Origin: a bacterium
GTDB lineage: Bacteria; Zhuqueibacterota; Zhuqueibacteria; Oceanimicrobiales; Oceanimicrobiaceae
Assembly: GCA_046757525.1 (NCBI GenBank)
Contig: JBHHYI010000094.1
Span: forward strand, 1 to 15,777
Length of the DNA stretch: 15,777 nucleotides
Direction: 5' to 3'
Shown here in pieces: positions 8,057 through 15,777 of this stretch. A model generated the notes under the pieces. That model made no database searches and was not told the origin of the DNA. It saw nothing but the letters and a program-made list of their open reading frames with translations. Both the position numbers and the translations under genes were made by a program. The first letter of the stretch is position 1; each line of letters begins with the position of its first letter.

Positions 8057-8982
8057 GGGTGCCTCCCTTGAGTTTCTTCATTTCCACCTCCCACAAAAAG
8101 AGTCCAGGCTATTCTTAAGATTGCTGTGACCAGCAGTAGGGCGCCGACGATCCTGTTACAAATGGTCGCAGGTAGATTGGTGTGGTATTTCTTGAAATAC
8201 CTGTAAAAAGAACGATGTGAACTCCAAATCATTTGCGCGCGACGCCGCAACACGCTTCGGCCCCGATGATGGGTTACCTTTGCCGAAGGGACAAACAAGA
8301 TTTCCCAGCCATGGTTTTTGATGCGGCGACACCAATCCACGTCACTGAAAAACATGGGGAAATGCTCATCCCAGAAGCCAATGCTCTGCAACAAGTGACC
8401 GGGGAAGAGCAGGAACGCGCCTTGCGGCTGGTCGACCAAGCGAGTACTCAGATGATCAAAATCACCCATCTTCCAGCCGTTAAAGACTGCGCTCCTTCTG
8501 AAAAAGTAGCTCAAGCCTACGACTTCAGAGAGCACATCGCGGTACCTGGGAAATCGGCGACAGGATGGCTGCACGGTTCCGTCGGCATTCAACAATTGCG
8601 GCGCCACCAGGGCGACGTTGGTCTGCGCGTCCAGGGCTGTCTTCAACTGTTCAAGCGCGCCCCGCTTAACTTCCACATCGGGATTGGAGGTCACAACATA
8701 CTTGCCGCGACTGATTCTTAAACCCTGGTTGAGGGCTTTGGTAAAGCCCAGATTCTCTGAGTTTTCGATCAACCGGATCTTCGTGTCACCTTTGTGTTGA
8801 GCCTCGACTTGTCTTACACATTTGCCCGTCTTGTCCGATGAATGATTGTCAACCACGATGATTTCAGAAGAGCGAGATTGAAGCTCGCGCAAGAACGCGT
8901 TCAAACAGGCCGCAATTTCGTTTTGGTTATTAAAAGTGACGATGACCACGGAGAATTCGATCGCCTGCTCAGCCGACACCAA
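8053..8982 (-). CDS. Glycosyltransferase family 2 (WbbL/RfbF-like)
   Basis: SVVIVTFN, VVDNHSSD, NLGFTKALNQG, NPD and FMFFSDVDWC-type motif (FPMFFSDVDWC). Confidence 0.9.
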   Translation of the reverse strand: MVSAEQAIEFSVVIVTFNNQNEIAACLNAFLRELQSRSSEIIVVDNHSSDKTGKCVRQVEAQHKGDTKIRLIENSENLGFTKALNQGLRISRGKYVVTSNPDVEVKRGALEQLKTALDAQTNVALVAPQLLNADGTVQPSCRRFPRYRDVLSEVVGLSYFFRRSAVFNGWKMGDFDHLSTRLVDQPQGAFLLFPGHLLQSIGFWDEHFPMFFSDVDWCRRIKNHGWEILFVPSAKVTHHRGRSVLRRRAQMIWSSHRSFYRYFKKYHTNLPATICNRIVGALLLVTAILRIAWTLFVGGGNEETQGRHP

Positions 8983-10039
8983 CCATCTCCCGCGGAAACG
9001 GCGTGAGATTCTCCACGCCGTGGTTGGTGACGAGAAAATCGTCCTCGATGCGGATGCCGCCTACATCGGACAAATAGACACCCGGCTCCAAAGTGATCAC
9101 ATTGCCGGCCTGAAGTTTGTCCTGACTGTGCTGTGAGATGCGCGGTAGCTCATGCACTTCCAGGCCCAGGCCGTGACCTAAAGAGTGCAGAAACGCGCTT
9201 CCAAGTCCGGCTTGCTGCAAACAATCCCGGGCGATTTTGTCCAACTCCTTACCGCTCAATCCGGGTCTCGCCTGTTGTGCAGAAACGAGCAGCGCCTTCT
9301 GAACGGCTCTTCCCAGTTCCTGTTGTCTGACTGTGGGGTCCCCTACCACAACCGTGCGCGTAAAATCGGCGGCATAGCCGTTGACCACAGCGCCGAAATC
9401 CAATACGATCAGGTCCCCGGCTTCAATCGGTTTCTTTGAGGAAACTCCGTGTGGCAACGCTGACCGGAGACCGCTTGCGACGATGGGTTCAAAGGGATCC
9501 GTTTCGCTGCCGTGCATCTTTGTTCTGTAAGACAACTCGGCAGAGACCTCCAGTTCCAGAACGCCTGGCTCGATCAGAGCGTAGATTTCAGAGATTACTT
9601 TGCAGCAAATAGCCGCGGCCTGTTTGATGCTCTCAACTTCGTCCGCGTCTTTGACACTGGCAATGTTCTCGACGATTCGTTCCGAAGCGATGATTTTGAC
9701 CTCCGGAAGCAGCTTTTTCAAATGATTGAAGTCCTTGACATTGAGGTGCTGTACCTCGATCGCCAGTCTTGCTCCGGTCTTTAGGACATTCCTCTTTTTG
9801 AGTTCAAGCAACAAGTCCCGCTTGGCAATCAAGACCTCAGCACCGTCAACTTGCCGGGCGGCTTGTTCACGGTAGCGCGAATCGGTCACTAAAAAACAAA
9901 GGCCGGATGTAATTAGAGCAATTGCATTCGACCCTGTGAAACCGAACAAATACCTGATGTTGGTGAGAGAACTGACCAGAAAGGCATCCAGGCCCAGTTG
10001 CTCCAAGCGTGTTTTGGCCCGATCAATTCTGCTGGTCAT
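8969..10039 (-). CDS. Xaa-Pro aminopeptidase/dipeptidase (M24B)
   Basis: Creatinase-like N-terminus (TDSRY); metal ligands in DFG..YAADFTRT, HSLGHGLGLEVHE, LEPG and GGIRIEDD. Confidence 0.93.
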   Translation of the reverse strand: MTSRIDRAKTRLEQLGLDAFLVSSLTNIRYLFGFTGSNAIALITSGLCFLVTDSRYREQAARQVDGAEVLIAKRDLLLELKKRNVLKTGARLAIEVQHLNVKDFNHLKKLLPEVKIIASERIVENIASVKDADEVESIKQAAAICCKVISEIYALIEPGVLELEVSAELSYRTKMHGSETDPFEPIVASGLRSALPHGVSSKKPIEAGDLIVLDFGAVVNGYAADFTRTVVVGDPTVRQQELGRAVQKALLVSAQQARPGLSGKELDKIARDCLQQAGLGSAFLHSLGHGLGLEVHELPRISQHSQDKLQAGNVITLEPGVYLSDVGGIRIEDDFLVTNHGVENLTPFPREMVGVG

Positions 10040-11154
10040 TCTTGCATTTCGTTCAGTTTGTTCTTCAGCTCATTGATCTTGTTGGCAAAGTCGGGATTGT
10101 CGGGATGCTTCTTGAGCAGCGTCTCAAAGACGACGATGGCCTTGGCATACTGGCCCTGGGCCGCATAAATCTCGCCCAAAGTAGGCGTAACGATCTTTTG
10201 ATCGCTGGACTTCTTGGACTTGGCAAAAACAGGCTCCGGCTTTTTTTCCGGCTCAGCGGGTTCGGGTGCCGGACCAAAGTCTCGAGTGGAGAAATCTATG
10301 TTTGGTTTTGGCTCGAGCCCCTTGTTGTTAGCAACATCGGGTTCCGCAAACGAATCTTGCTGCGGTTCAGATTCTGGTTCCTTGAGCATTTTTTCCGGCA
10401 TTTGCAAACCAGCCAGATAGCTGTCGGCATCGCTCTCCGCCTCGAGGTCCAAACCCTCGGCTGAACCCCCGGGGGCCTCCCTCTCCGCAGATCTGGTTTG
10501 TTCATCGGTGATTTCGTCCTTGAAGATGTCTTCCAGGATGTAAGAGAATTCTTCGGCCTTCTTTTCATCGATCTCCGGTTGCGCCTGTTCGGTTTGTACG
10601 GCGCTTTCAACCTCCGATTGCGCCGGCTCTTGAAACAGAAATTCCTCTTCTTCGGGACTTTCCGTTACCGGCGCCACATTGTCCAACACAGGTTGGGCAC
10701 CACGGTCGGGCTCAAACACATCCTCCTCCGTGGGCACAGATTCGCCCTCAAGGATATAATCCCCTACCATGCTTTGGGCAACTTCGTCCAATGGGTCAAC
10801 TTGCAAAATTTTCCGGTAGCTCATCTCGCAAGTGTTCTCCCACCCGATTTCCTTCATCAAATCGCCGTAATGCTTTTGCGCGGAAAGGTACTTGGGATCA
10901 AACAGCAGCACGCGTTTAAATTCTTTTTCCGCTTGATCATAAAGCTTCTTGGCCAGGTAGCATTTGCCCAGAATCATGTGTCCGGTCACGTAATAAGGGT
11001 GCTTTTTTAGTCCGCTTTCACACATTTCAATGGCTTCATCAACTCGATTCTCGTGGAGCAGGGTGTCGGCATAACGGGCAAAAAGAATAGAATCGGGGTT
11101 ATCCTTGAGGTGTTCCCCCAGGTGTTGCACGTCCGACTTCCTCTCATCATTCAT
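10036..11154 (-). CDS. Tetratricopeptide-repeat protein with long acidic linker
   Basis: N-terminal TPRs, an E/P-rich central linker and a C-terminal TPR-like TPTLGEIYAAQGQYAKA. Start moved to ATG 11154 (AAGGAG SD). Confidence 0.85.
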   Translation of the reverse strand: MNDERKSDVQHLGEHLKDNPDSILFARYADTLLHENRVDEAIEMCESGLKKHPYYVTGHMILGKCYLAKKLYDQAEKEFKRVLLFDPKYLSAQKHYGDLMKEIGWENTCEMSYRKILQVDPLDEVAQSMVGDYILEGESVPTEEDVFEPDRGAQPVLDNVAPVTESPEEEEFLFQEPAQSEVESAVQTEQAQPEIDEKKAEEFSYILEDIFKDEITDEQTRSAEREAPGGSAEGLDLEAESDADSYLAGLQMPEKMLKEPESEPQQDSFAEPDVANNKGLEPKPNIDFSTRDFGPAPEPAEPEKKPEPVFAKSKKSSDQKIVTPTLGEIYAAQGQYAKAIVVFETLLKKHPDNPDFANKINELKNKLNEMQE

Positions 11155-11211
11155 TGCTGATCTCTCCTTAAATTTCCATGACAATCATGATAACTTGCTT
11201 TTCCCCTGATA

Positions 11212-11505
11212 TTAAACATACATGACCTCTCTCAATATCCGCTGCTCGATTCGGGGTTTCAAGGCAGTTTTCATCACCAGATCCACATTGACATTCAGCA
11301 GATCAGAAAGATAATTTTTTAAGTGAACGAAGGTTAACAGATCTATCGGTTTTCGAAATTCAACCAGAATGTCAATGTCGCTCGCTTGATCTTGTTCATT
11401 CTTAACGTACGAACCAAAAACGCCGATTTCATTCACCCCATATTCTCTTCTCAGTTCCTCTTTGTGATCTTGTAGAATTCTTTTCAGGCTTTTCAATTCT
11501 CTCAT
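11212..11505 (-). CDS. Minimal nucleotidyltransferase antitoxin (MNT/MntA-like)
   Basis: 97 aa with GVFGSYVKNEQDQASDIDILV (GS-x10-DxD) and VDLV; ATGA-coupled to the HEPN gene. Confidence 0.9.
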   Translation of the reverse strand: MRELKSLKRILQDHKEELRREYGVNEIGVFGSYVKNEQDQASDIDILVEFRKPIDLLTFVHLKNYLSDLLNVNVDLVMKTALKPRIEQRILREVMYV

Positions 11506-11840
11506 TTTCTCTCCAACGTCTTGTGAATCAACGGTTTGATCTCAGGTATTTTGTCAGTCACCGTCAACCAAACGGTTCTCAGATCAACACCGAAGTAATC
11601 GTGAATCAGAGTATCTCTCATTCCCGCCATATCTTTCCACGGAATAGCAGGGTTTTGTTTGCGAATCTTGGTTGGAATATTTTTGGCAGCCTCACCAACA
11701 ATTTCCAAAGCTCTTACTACGGCGAAGGCGGTTTTGGCATCTTCCGCAAATTCTTCGTAGGACATATTGCTAATAAAACCTTGAGCTTTTTCCATGGCTT
11801 CTAAAATATCCTCCAAATAATCGTCGAAGTCTCCATCCAT
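11502..11840 (-). CDS. HEPN/DUF86 ribonuclease toxin (HepT-like)
   Basis: YLEDILEA, RALEIVGEA and IPWKDMAGMRDTLIHDYFGVD (R-x4-H-x-Y). The likely start is ATG 11840 with a GGAG SD. Confidence 0.9.
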   Translation of the reverse strand: MDGDFDDYLEDILEAMEKAQGFISNMSYEEFAEDAKTAFAVVRALEIVGEAAKNIPTKIRKQNPAIPWKDMAGMRDTLIHDYFGVDLRTVWLTVTDKIPEIKPLIHKTLERK

Positions 11841-11936
11841 GTGATGGTCTCCGTAGTTGCTTTTCAACCCCTCTAAACCCCCTCAGTGATGTTAGACTTT
11901 AGTGCCAGGGGCTTTTAGGAAACGCTCCCTGTTTGC

Positions 11937-12028
11937 TGTCATGCCTGCGAAAGCAGGCATCCACTGGGTGGCCGGGTAGGGGGCCACCCAACTCCAACCC
12001 CTGGATTCCTGCTTTCGCAGGAAAGACA
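11937..12028. repeat. dRS3/NTS-like palindromic element (TGTCAT...GACA, three-hairpin structure)
   Basis: Arms tgtcATGCCT-gcgaaagc-AGGCATcca and tggATTCCT-gctttcgc-AGGAAAgaca are mutual inverted repeats, with a central 9-bp hairpin tgggtggcc/ggccaccca. Confidence 0.8.
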
Positions 12029-12060
12029 TCGCTTGTTCCGACTCTTGGGCGTTTCCGACA

Positions 12061-12090
12061 TTTAAAGCAATCCGGCAGCCGCCGGATTGC
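12061..12090 (-). terminator. GC-rich hairpin just after lptE, a possible weak terminator
   Basis: Perfect 10-bp stem gcaatccggc-agcc-gccggattgc (12067-12090), 7 nt past the stop, followed by only TTT on the minus strand. Confidence 0.45.
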
Positions 12091-12097
12091 GGGGCTT

Positions 12098-12622
12098 CTA
12101 CCAACCGGACACGGATCGGTTCAGGATTTCGTTGGCAATTTTGCCCAGCGCTTCGTCAATGCCTTTGTTTCTACTTTCAGGGCCCTCATCAGGATTAAAC
12201 GTGCCCCACTGAGTAATGTCGCCTTGCCAGAGGACCTTCCTTTTCTTCACGTCTTCGTATTTCACCGAAACCGTAATAAAGATTTTGACATCTGTGACCT
12301 TCTCGTCACTGGTAAAGGAGCCGGCGCGGTCATCTACGCGCAAGACGGTGCCTTCGACAACCGAGTCGGCACTGCGTCGGTCTACAATCTTCAGGGTGTT
12401 GTCGCGCGTAAACTCATCGATGACGGCATCGGTCAATTTTTCCTTGACTCCGAACTCAGAAGTCTGGTCCTGAAATATGGGAATGGAGACGGTTTTAATG
12501 TCCGGATTCGAGGAACCAGAAAACGAGTACGGGCCACATGAAAACAGCGACAAAAGAGCCAGCCCCAGCACCAAACCCAGCGCAAGGCCAAGCGATCGAA
12601 GGGTTTCAGAATGGTAATTCAT
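12098..12622 (-). CDS. lptE: LPS assembly lipoprotein LptE-family protein
   Basis: Lipoprotein signal ending LSLFS-C, then GPYSFSG, IKTVSIPIFQDQT and AD..VEGTV; C-terminal GW; directly downstream of a sigma54 activator. Confidence 0.8.
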   Translation of the reverse strand: MNYHSETLRSLGLALGLVLGLALLSLFSCGPYSFSGSSNPDIKTVSIPIFQDQTSEFGVKEKLTDAVIDEFTRDNTLKIVDRRSADSVVEGTVLRVDDRAGSFTSDEKVTDVKIFITVSVKYEDVKKRKVLWQGDITQWGTFNPDEGPESRNKGIDEALGKIANEILNRSVSGW

Positions 12623-13784
12623 ATTCCTTAATCTTCCTGTAAAGCGTTCTTTCGCTAATACCCAAAGACCTGGCTGCCTTGCGTTTGCTACCCGCCGACA
12701 ATTCCAATGCCCGATTGATCATGTACCGTTCAACCTCTTCGAGGTTTTTGCCATCGATGTCAAACGCTTCGTTGGTTTCAGGCTCATGCAAGGTTTCAGG
12801 CTGTCGCGGATAGACTTCAGAAAAGTAAGGCAGCGACTTGGGTCTACTTTCCGAATAAACCGAGTTCACAATGACATCGCGGAGCTGAGATATTTCGGAC
12901 TTCAGGTCCAACAAGGCCCGGTAGATGAATTCCCGTTCAACCTCTTCCGAGGTGCGATGGGTTGGCACCGGCAGGTTGCGATCCAGGAGTTGTACAGGCT
13001 TTAAGTACCTGGACAATATGAGCTCGTCGATCCGACTGCCCCGTTCTAAAACGATGATGCTTTCCACCAGATTCTTCAGCTCCCTCACATTTCCAGGCCA
13101 ATTGTAAGCCTCCAACATTCGCATGGCAGGCTCGGAAAACCCGTCAAACTCGATGTTGTTTTCTCGACAAAAATCGCTGGCAAAAGTCTTCACCAACAAA
13201 CGAATATCTTCCCGGCGCTCCCGTAGCGGTGGCACTTTGATTCTAACCGCGTTCAGGCGGTAGAACAGGTCTTCGCGGAACTCGCCCCCTCGTACCGCTT
13301 TTTCCAACTCCTTGTTGGTCGCAGCAATGATGCGCACATCGACCTGCTGCGCCACGGTGCCACCCACGCGCATGAATTCCTTACCTTCAAGCACCCGCAA
13401 GAGTTTCACCTGAGTGGCCAACGGCATCTCGCCAATTTCGTCCAAAAATATGGTTCCGGTGTCGGCCAATTCGAAGTAGCCTTTGCGCGCCCCCACCGCA
13501 CCGGTAAACGCCCCCTTTTCGTGACCGAAAAGCTCTGACTCTAAGATGCCTTCAGGAATGGCGCCGCAGTTGACCACCACCAGGGGCTTGTTTTTTCTAC
13601 GACTCGAAGCATGAATGGCCTTAGCCACCAACTCCTTGCCCGTACCGCTTTCCCCAACAACTAACACGGAAATGTCAGTCGGCGCTACCTGCCGTATGGC
13701 TAACAGAATGTGGTTGATTGCCGAAGATTGGCCTGTGATGCCAAAATTCTCGTGCACGTAGGTGTTGTTTCTCGGATTCAACAC
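12606..13784 (-). CDS. Sigma54-dependent transcriptional activator (AAA+ and Fis HTH, no receiver domain)
   Basis: Walker A GESGTGKE, ESELFGHEKGAFTGA, Walker B FLDEIGE, FREDLFYRL, WPGNVREL and C-terminal AARSLGISERTLYRK. Confidence 0.95.
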   Translation of the reverse strand: MLNPRNNTYVHENFGITGQSSAINHILLAIRQVAPTDISVLVVGESGTGKELVAKAIHASSRRKNKPLVVVNCGAIPEGILESELFGHEKGAFTGAVGARKGYFELADTGTIFLDEIGEMPLATQVKLLRVLEGKEFMRVGGTVAQQVDVRIIAATNKELEKAVRGGEFREDLFYRLNAVRIKVPPLRERREDIRLLVKTFASDFCRENNIEFDGFSEPAMRMLEAYNWPGNVRELKNLVESIIVLERGSRIDELILSRYLKPVQLLDRNLPVPTHRTSEEVEREFIYRALLDLKSEISQLRDVIVNSVYSESRPKSLPYFSEVYPRQPETLHEPETNEAFDIDGKNLEEVERYMINRALELSAGSKRKAARSLGISERTLYRKIKEYELPF

Positions 13785-14728
13785 CTCAATCCCCTTTGAG
13801 TTAACAATTGTTTTTGTTTTGCAAAATATTCAACGGTTCGCCTCAAACCTTCCTTGAGTTCCACCTCGGGACGCCAATTCAATATTTTCTCGGCTTTGGC
13901 AAAAGAGAGACAACTTCGCAACTGCTCCCCTGGTTTGGCCGGGCCGTGTGTTTCCCCTTTGCCAGCTTCGGTGTACCTGTTGAGCAGCGCAAACATCTCG
14001 TTTACGTCGGTTTCAACGCCGGTACCCACATTAAAAATGTCGCTCTTCTCGTAAGCGAGGGCCTTGCCGTTTGCTCGAACCACATCGCCGACAAAAACAT
14101 AATCCCGGGTCTGCGTGCCATCGCCATTTATGATGGGCTGTTCACCTTTCAGGAGTCGTTCGGTGAATATGGCAACCACGCCGGCCTCGCCATGTGGATT
14201 CTGCCTTGGGCCATAAACGTTGGCATAGCGCAGAATCACATGCTGCAAATTGTGGACTTCCTTGTAATAGTACAGGTACTTCTCGCCTGCCAGCTTGGAG
14301 ATTCCGTACGGCGACACCGGCCAGGTGGGGTGCTCTTCATCGGCCGGGAAGTAATCCTGTTCGCCGTAGACAGCTCCACCGGTAGAGGAAAAGATGAATT
14401 TTTGAGTTCCGTACTTAACGCAGTTCTGCAAAATGTTGAGAATGCCGAGAATGTTGTTTTTTGCATCATATTTTGGGTCCGACACAGAACGCCGCACATC
14501 CATCTGTGCCGCCTGATGATTTACCACATCGAAACGGTGTGTCTCGAACAGCGTTTCCATCTGTTCATCCTGGATATCTTCCTGGTGAAATTCCGCCTGA
14601 GGATTGAGGTTTTCCCTTCTCCCGGTAGAAAGATTGTCTACCACCACAACTTGGTGTCCAAGTTCGATGTATGAATCTACGATGTGGGAACCGATAAAAC
14701 CGGCTCCGCCTGTAACCAAAATTTTCAT
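13778..14728 (-). CDS. NAD-dependent nucleotide-sugar epimerase (UDP-glucose 4-epimerase-like, extended SDR)
   Basis: GGAGFIG Rossmann motif, SSTGGAVYG, YGISK (YxxxK), RYANVYGPRQ and TRDYVFVGDV; AAGGAG SD. Confidence 0.92.
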   Translation of the reverse strand: MKILVTGGAGFIGSHIVDSYIELGHQVVVVDNLSTGRRENLNPQAEFHQEDIQDEQMETLFETHRFDVVNHQAAQMDVRRSVSDPKYDAKNNILGILNILQNCVKYGTQKFIFSSTGGAVYGEQDYFPADEEHPTWPVSPYGISKLAGEKYLYYYKEVHNLQHVILRYANVYGPRQNPHGEAGVVAIFTERLLKGEQPIINGDGTQTRDYVFVGDVVRANGKALAYEKSDIFNVGTGVETDVNEMFALLNRYTEAGKGETHGPAKPGEQLRSCLSFAKAEKILNWRPEVELKEGLRRTVEYFAKQKQLLTQRGLRC

Positions 14729-14808
14729 CTAAACTCCTTTTTGCTGCTTTAACCCTCTTGGTTCAATTTAATTGCGTTACCTGTTTCTTGGTTGCGTACA
14801 TTTTCTAT

Positions 14809-15777
14809 TTATCGGCTCAAATGGGCCAGGGCTTTTGCACCAATATCTTTGCGGTAATAGGCTTTGTCAAATGCGATCTTGCCCACAGCCCAATAGGCCT
14901 TGTTGCGTACCTCCATCAAGTCATCGCCGATGGCGGTCACGCCCAACACCCGTCCTCCTGAAGTGACGATCTTGTTGTGCTCATCCACATCAGTACCAGC
15001 ATGAAAGGTCAAGATGCCATCCCCTAACGCCAAATCCAGACCATAGATCGGCTTGCCTGTTTCATACGCCCCGGGGTAGCCTCCGGAGGCCACCACCACG
15101 CACAAGGCCCACTTGTTTTCGACGGTCAACTCCGATTTAACGCCTTTGCACTTTGAAATTCTAAGCATGCTTGCCACCAGATCGCCTTGCACCAATGGGA
15201 GAACGACCTGAGCTTCGGGATCGCCAAAACGGCAATTGAACTCTACGACTTTAGGGCCACGCGTCGTAATCATCAATCCCACGTATAATACCCCACGATA
15301 AGGTCGGTTTTCGATGGCCATGGCCCTTATGGTGGGCTCAATAATTTCGTCTCGCACCTGCCGCAGCATTTCATCGTCGATTACCGGGGCCGGGGCATAA
15401 GCGCCCATGCCACCCGTGTTGGGTCCTGCATCGTTGTCAAATATGGCCTTGTGGTCTTGCGCAGGCGCCAAAATGACGACGTTTTCGCCGTCGCTCAGCG
15501 CCATGATCGACGCCTCTTCGCCAGCCATGAATTCCTCGATCAGCACTTTTCGGCCCGCCTCGCCAAAGGCTCTCTGCACCATGATCTTGTTCAAAGCCGC
15601 CAGGGCTTCTTGTTCATTCTGGCAAATGATGGACCCTTTGCCTGCGGCAAGGCCGTCGGCTTTGATCACCGTCGGGTAATCTACTTCTCTAACGTATTCC
15701 AAGGCTTCTTGCTCATTTTCAAACACGATGCAATCGGCCGTGGGAATCTTGTATTTGTCGAGTATGTACTTTGCAAA
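14809..15777 (-). CDS. purD: Phosphoribosylamine--glycine ligase (5' end outside window)
   Basis: Frame is open to the window edge (FAKYILDKYKIPTA...); KADGLAAGKG, QDHK, GPNTGGMGAY, EFNCRFGDPE, SGGYPG, FHAGT and GGRVL motifs. Confidence 0.97.
   Translation of the reverse strand, partial: FAKYILDKYKIPTADCIVFENEQEALEYVREVDYPTVIKADGLAAGKGSIICQNEQEALAALNKIMVQRAFGEAGRKVLIEEFMAGEEASIMALSDGENVVILAPAQDHKAIFDNDAGPNTGGMGAYAPAPVIDDEMLRQVRDEIIEPTIRAMAIENRPYRGVLYVGLMITTRGPKVVEFNCRFGDPEAQVVLPLVQGDLVASMLRISKCKGVKSELTVENKWALCVVVASGGYPGAYETGKPIYGLDLALGDGILTFHAGTDVDEHNKIVTSGGRVLGVTAIGDDLMEVRNKAYWAVGKIAFDKAYYRKDIGAKALAHLSR

Noticed and set aside
11893..11908. Sigma54 promoter upstream of the HEPN gene (CTGGCAC on the minus strand)
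   Set aside because: The -24 box is present, but the -12 position reads TA instead of the required GC.
11892..12104. Short ORFs across repeats (11892-12104, 5483-5695, 5494-5715, 856-1122)
   Set aside because: They are translations of palindromic elements (e.g. WMPAFAGMT, SFPRSAW), which are typical spurious ORFs.
13808..14674. 288-aa plus-strand ORF and other long antisense or alternative-frame ORFs (e.g. 11933-12541, 10498-11010, 8233-8721, 2467-3021)
   Set aside because: They are shadow frames overlapping well-supported genes and have no recognisable motifs.

Overview
Bacterial chromosomal window, almost all encoded on the minus strand. The gene set (receiver-less sigma54 activator-lptE-TPR block, long amidase) suggests an FCB-group-like organism; this is inference only. 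Reading right to left: purD (5' truncated by the window), NAD-dependent epimerase, sigma54-dependent activator, lptE, an inserted HEPN-MNT toxin-antitoxin pair in toxin-first order, TPR protein, Xaa-Pro peptidase, GT2, STAS protein, MFS transporter, HAD hydrolase, a plus-strand secreted hypothetical protein, N-acetylmuramoyl-L-alanine amidase, queF, queC and a truncated type IIG restriction-modification N-terminus in an AT-rich left end. Coding content is mostly housekeeping. The most interesting signals are non-coding: (1) a nested element at 4597-4898, in which a palindromic element is interrupted by a 150-bp MITE with IS231-like ends that itself carries a second palindrome of the same class; (2) an orphan intrinsic terminator preceded by an anti-Shine-Dalgarno-rich tract at about 4297-4410, either an sRNA or an antisense partner of an 11-codon ORF; (3) several distinct palindromic repeat families in the intergenic spaces. 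No CRISPR array, rRNA or tRNA was seen.
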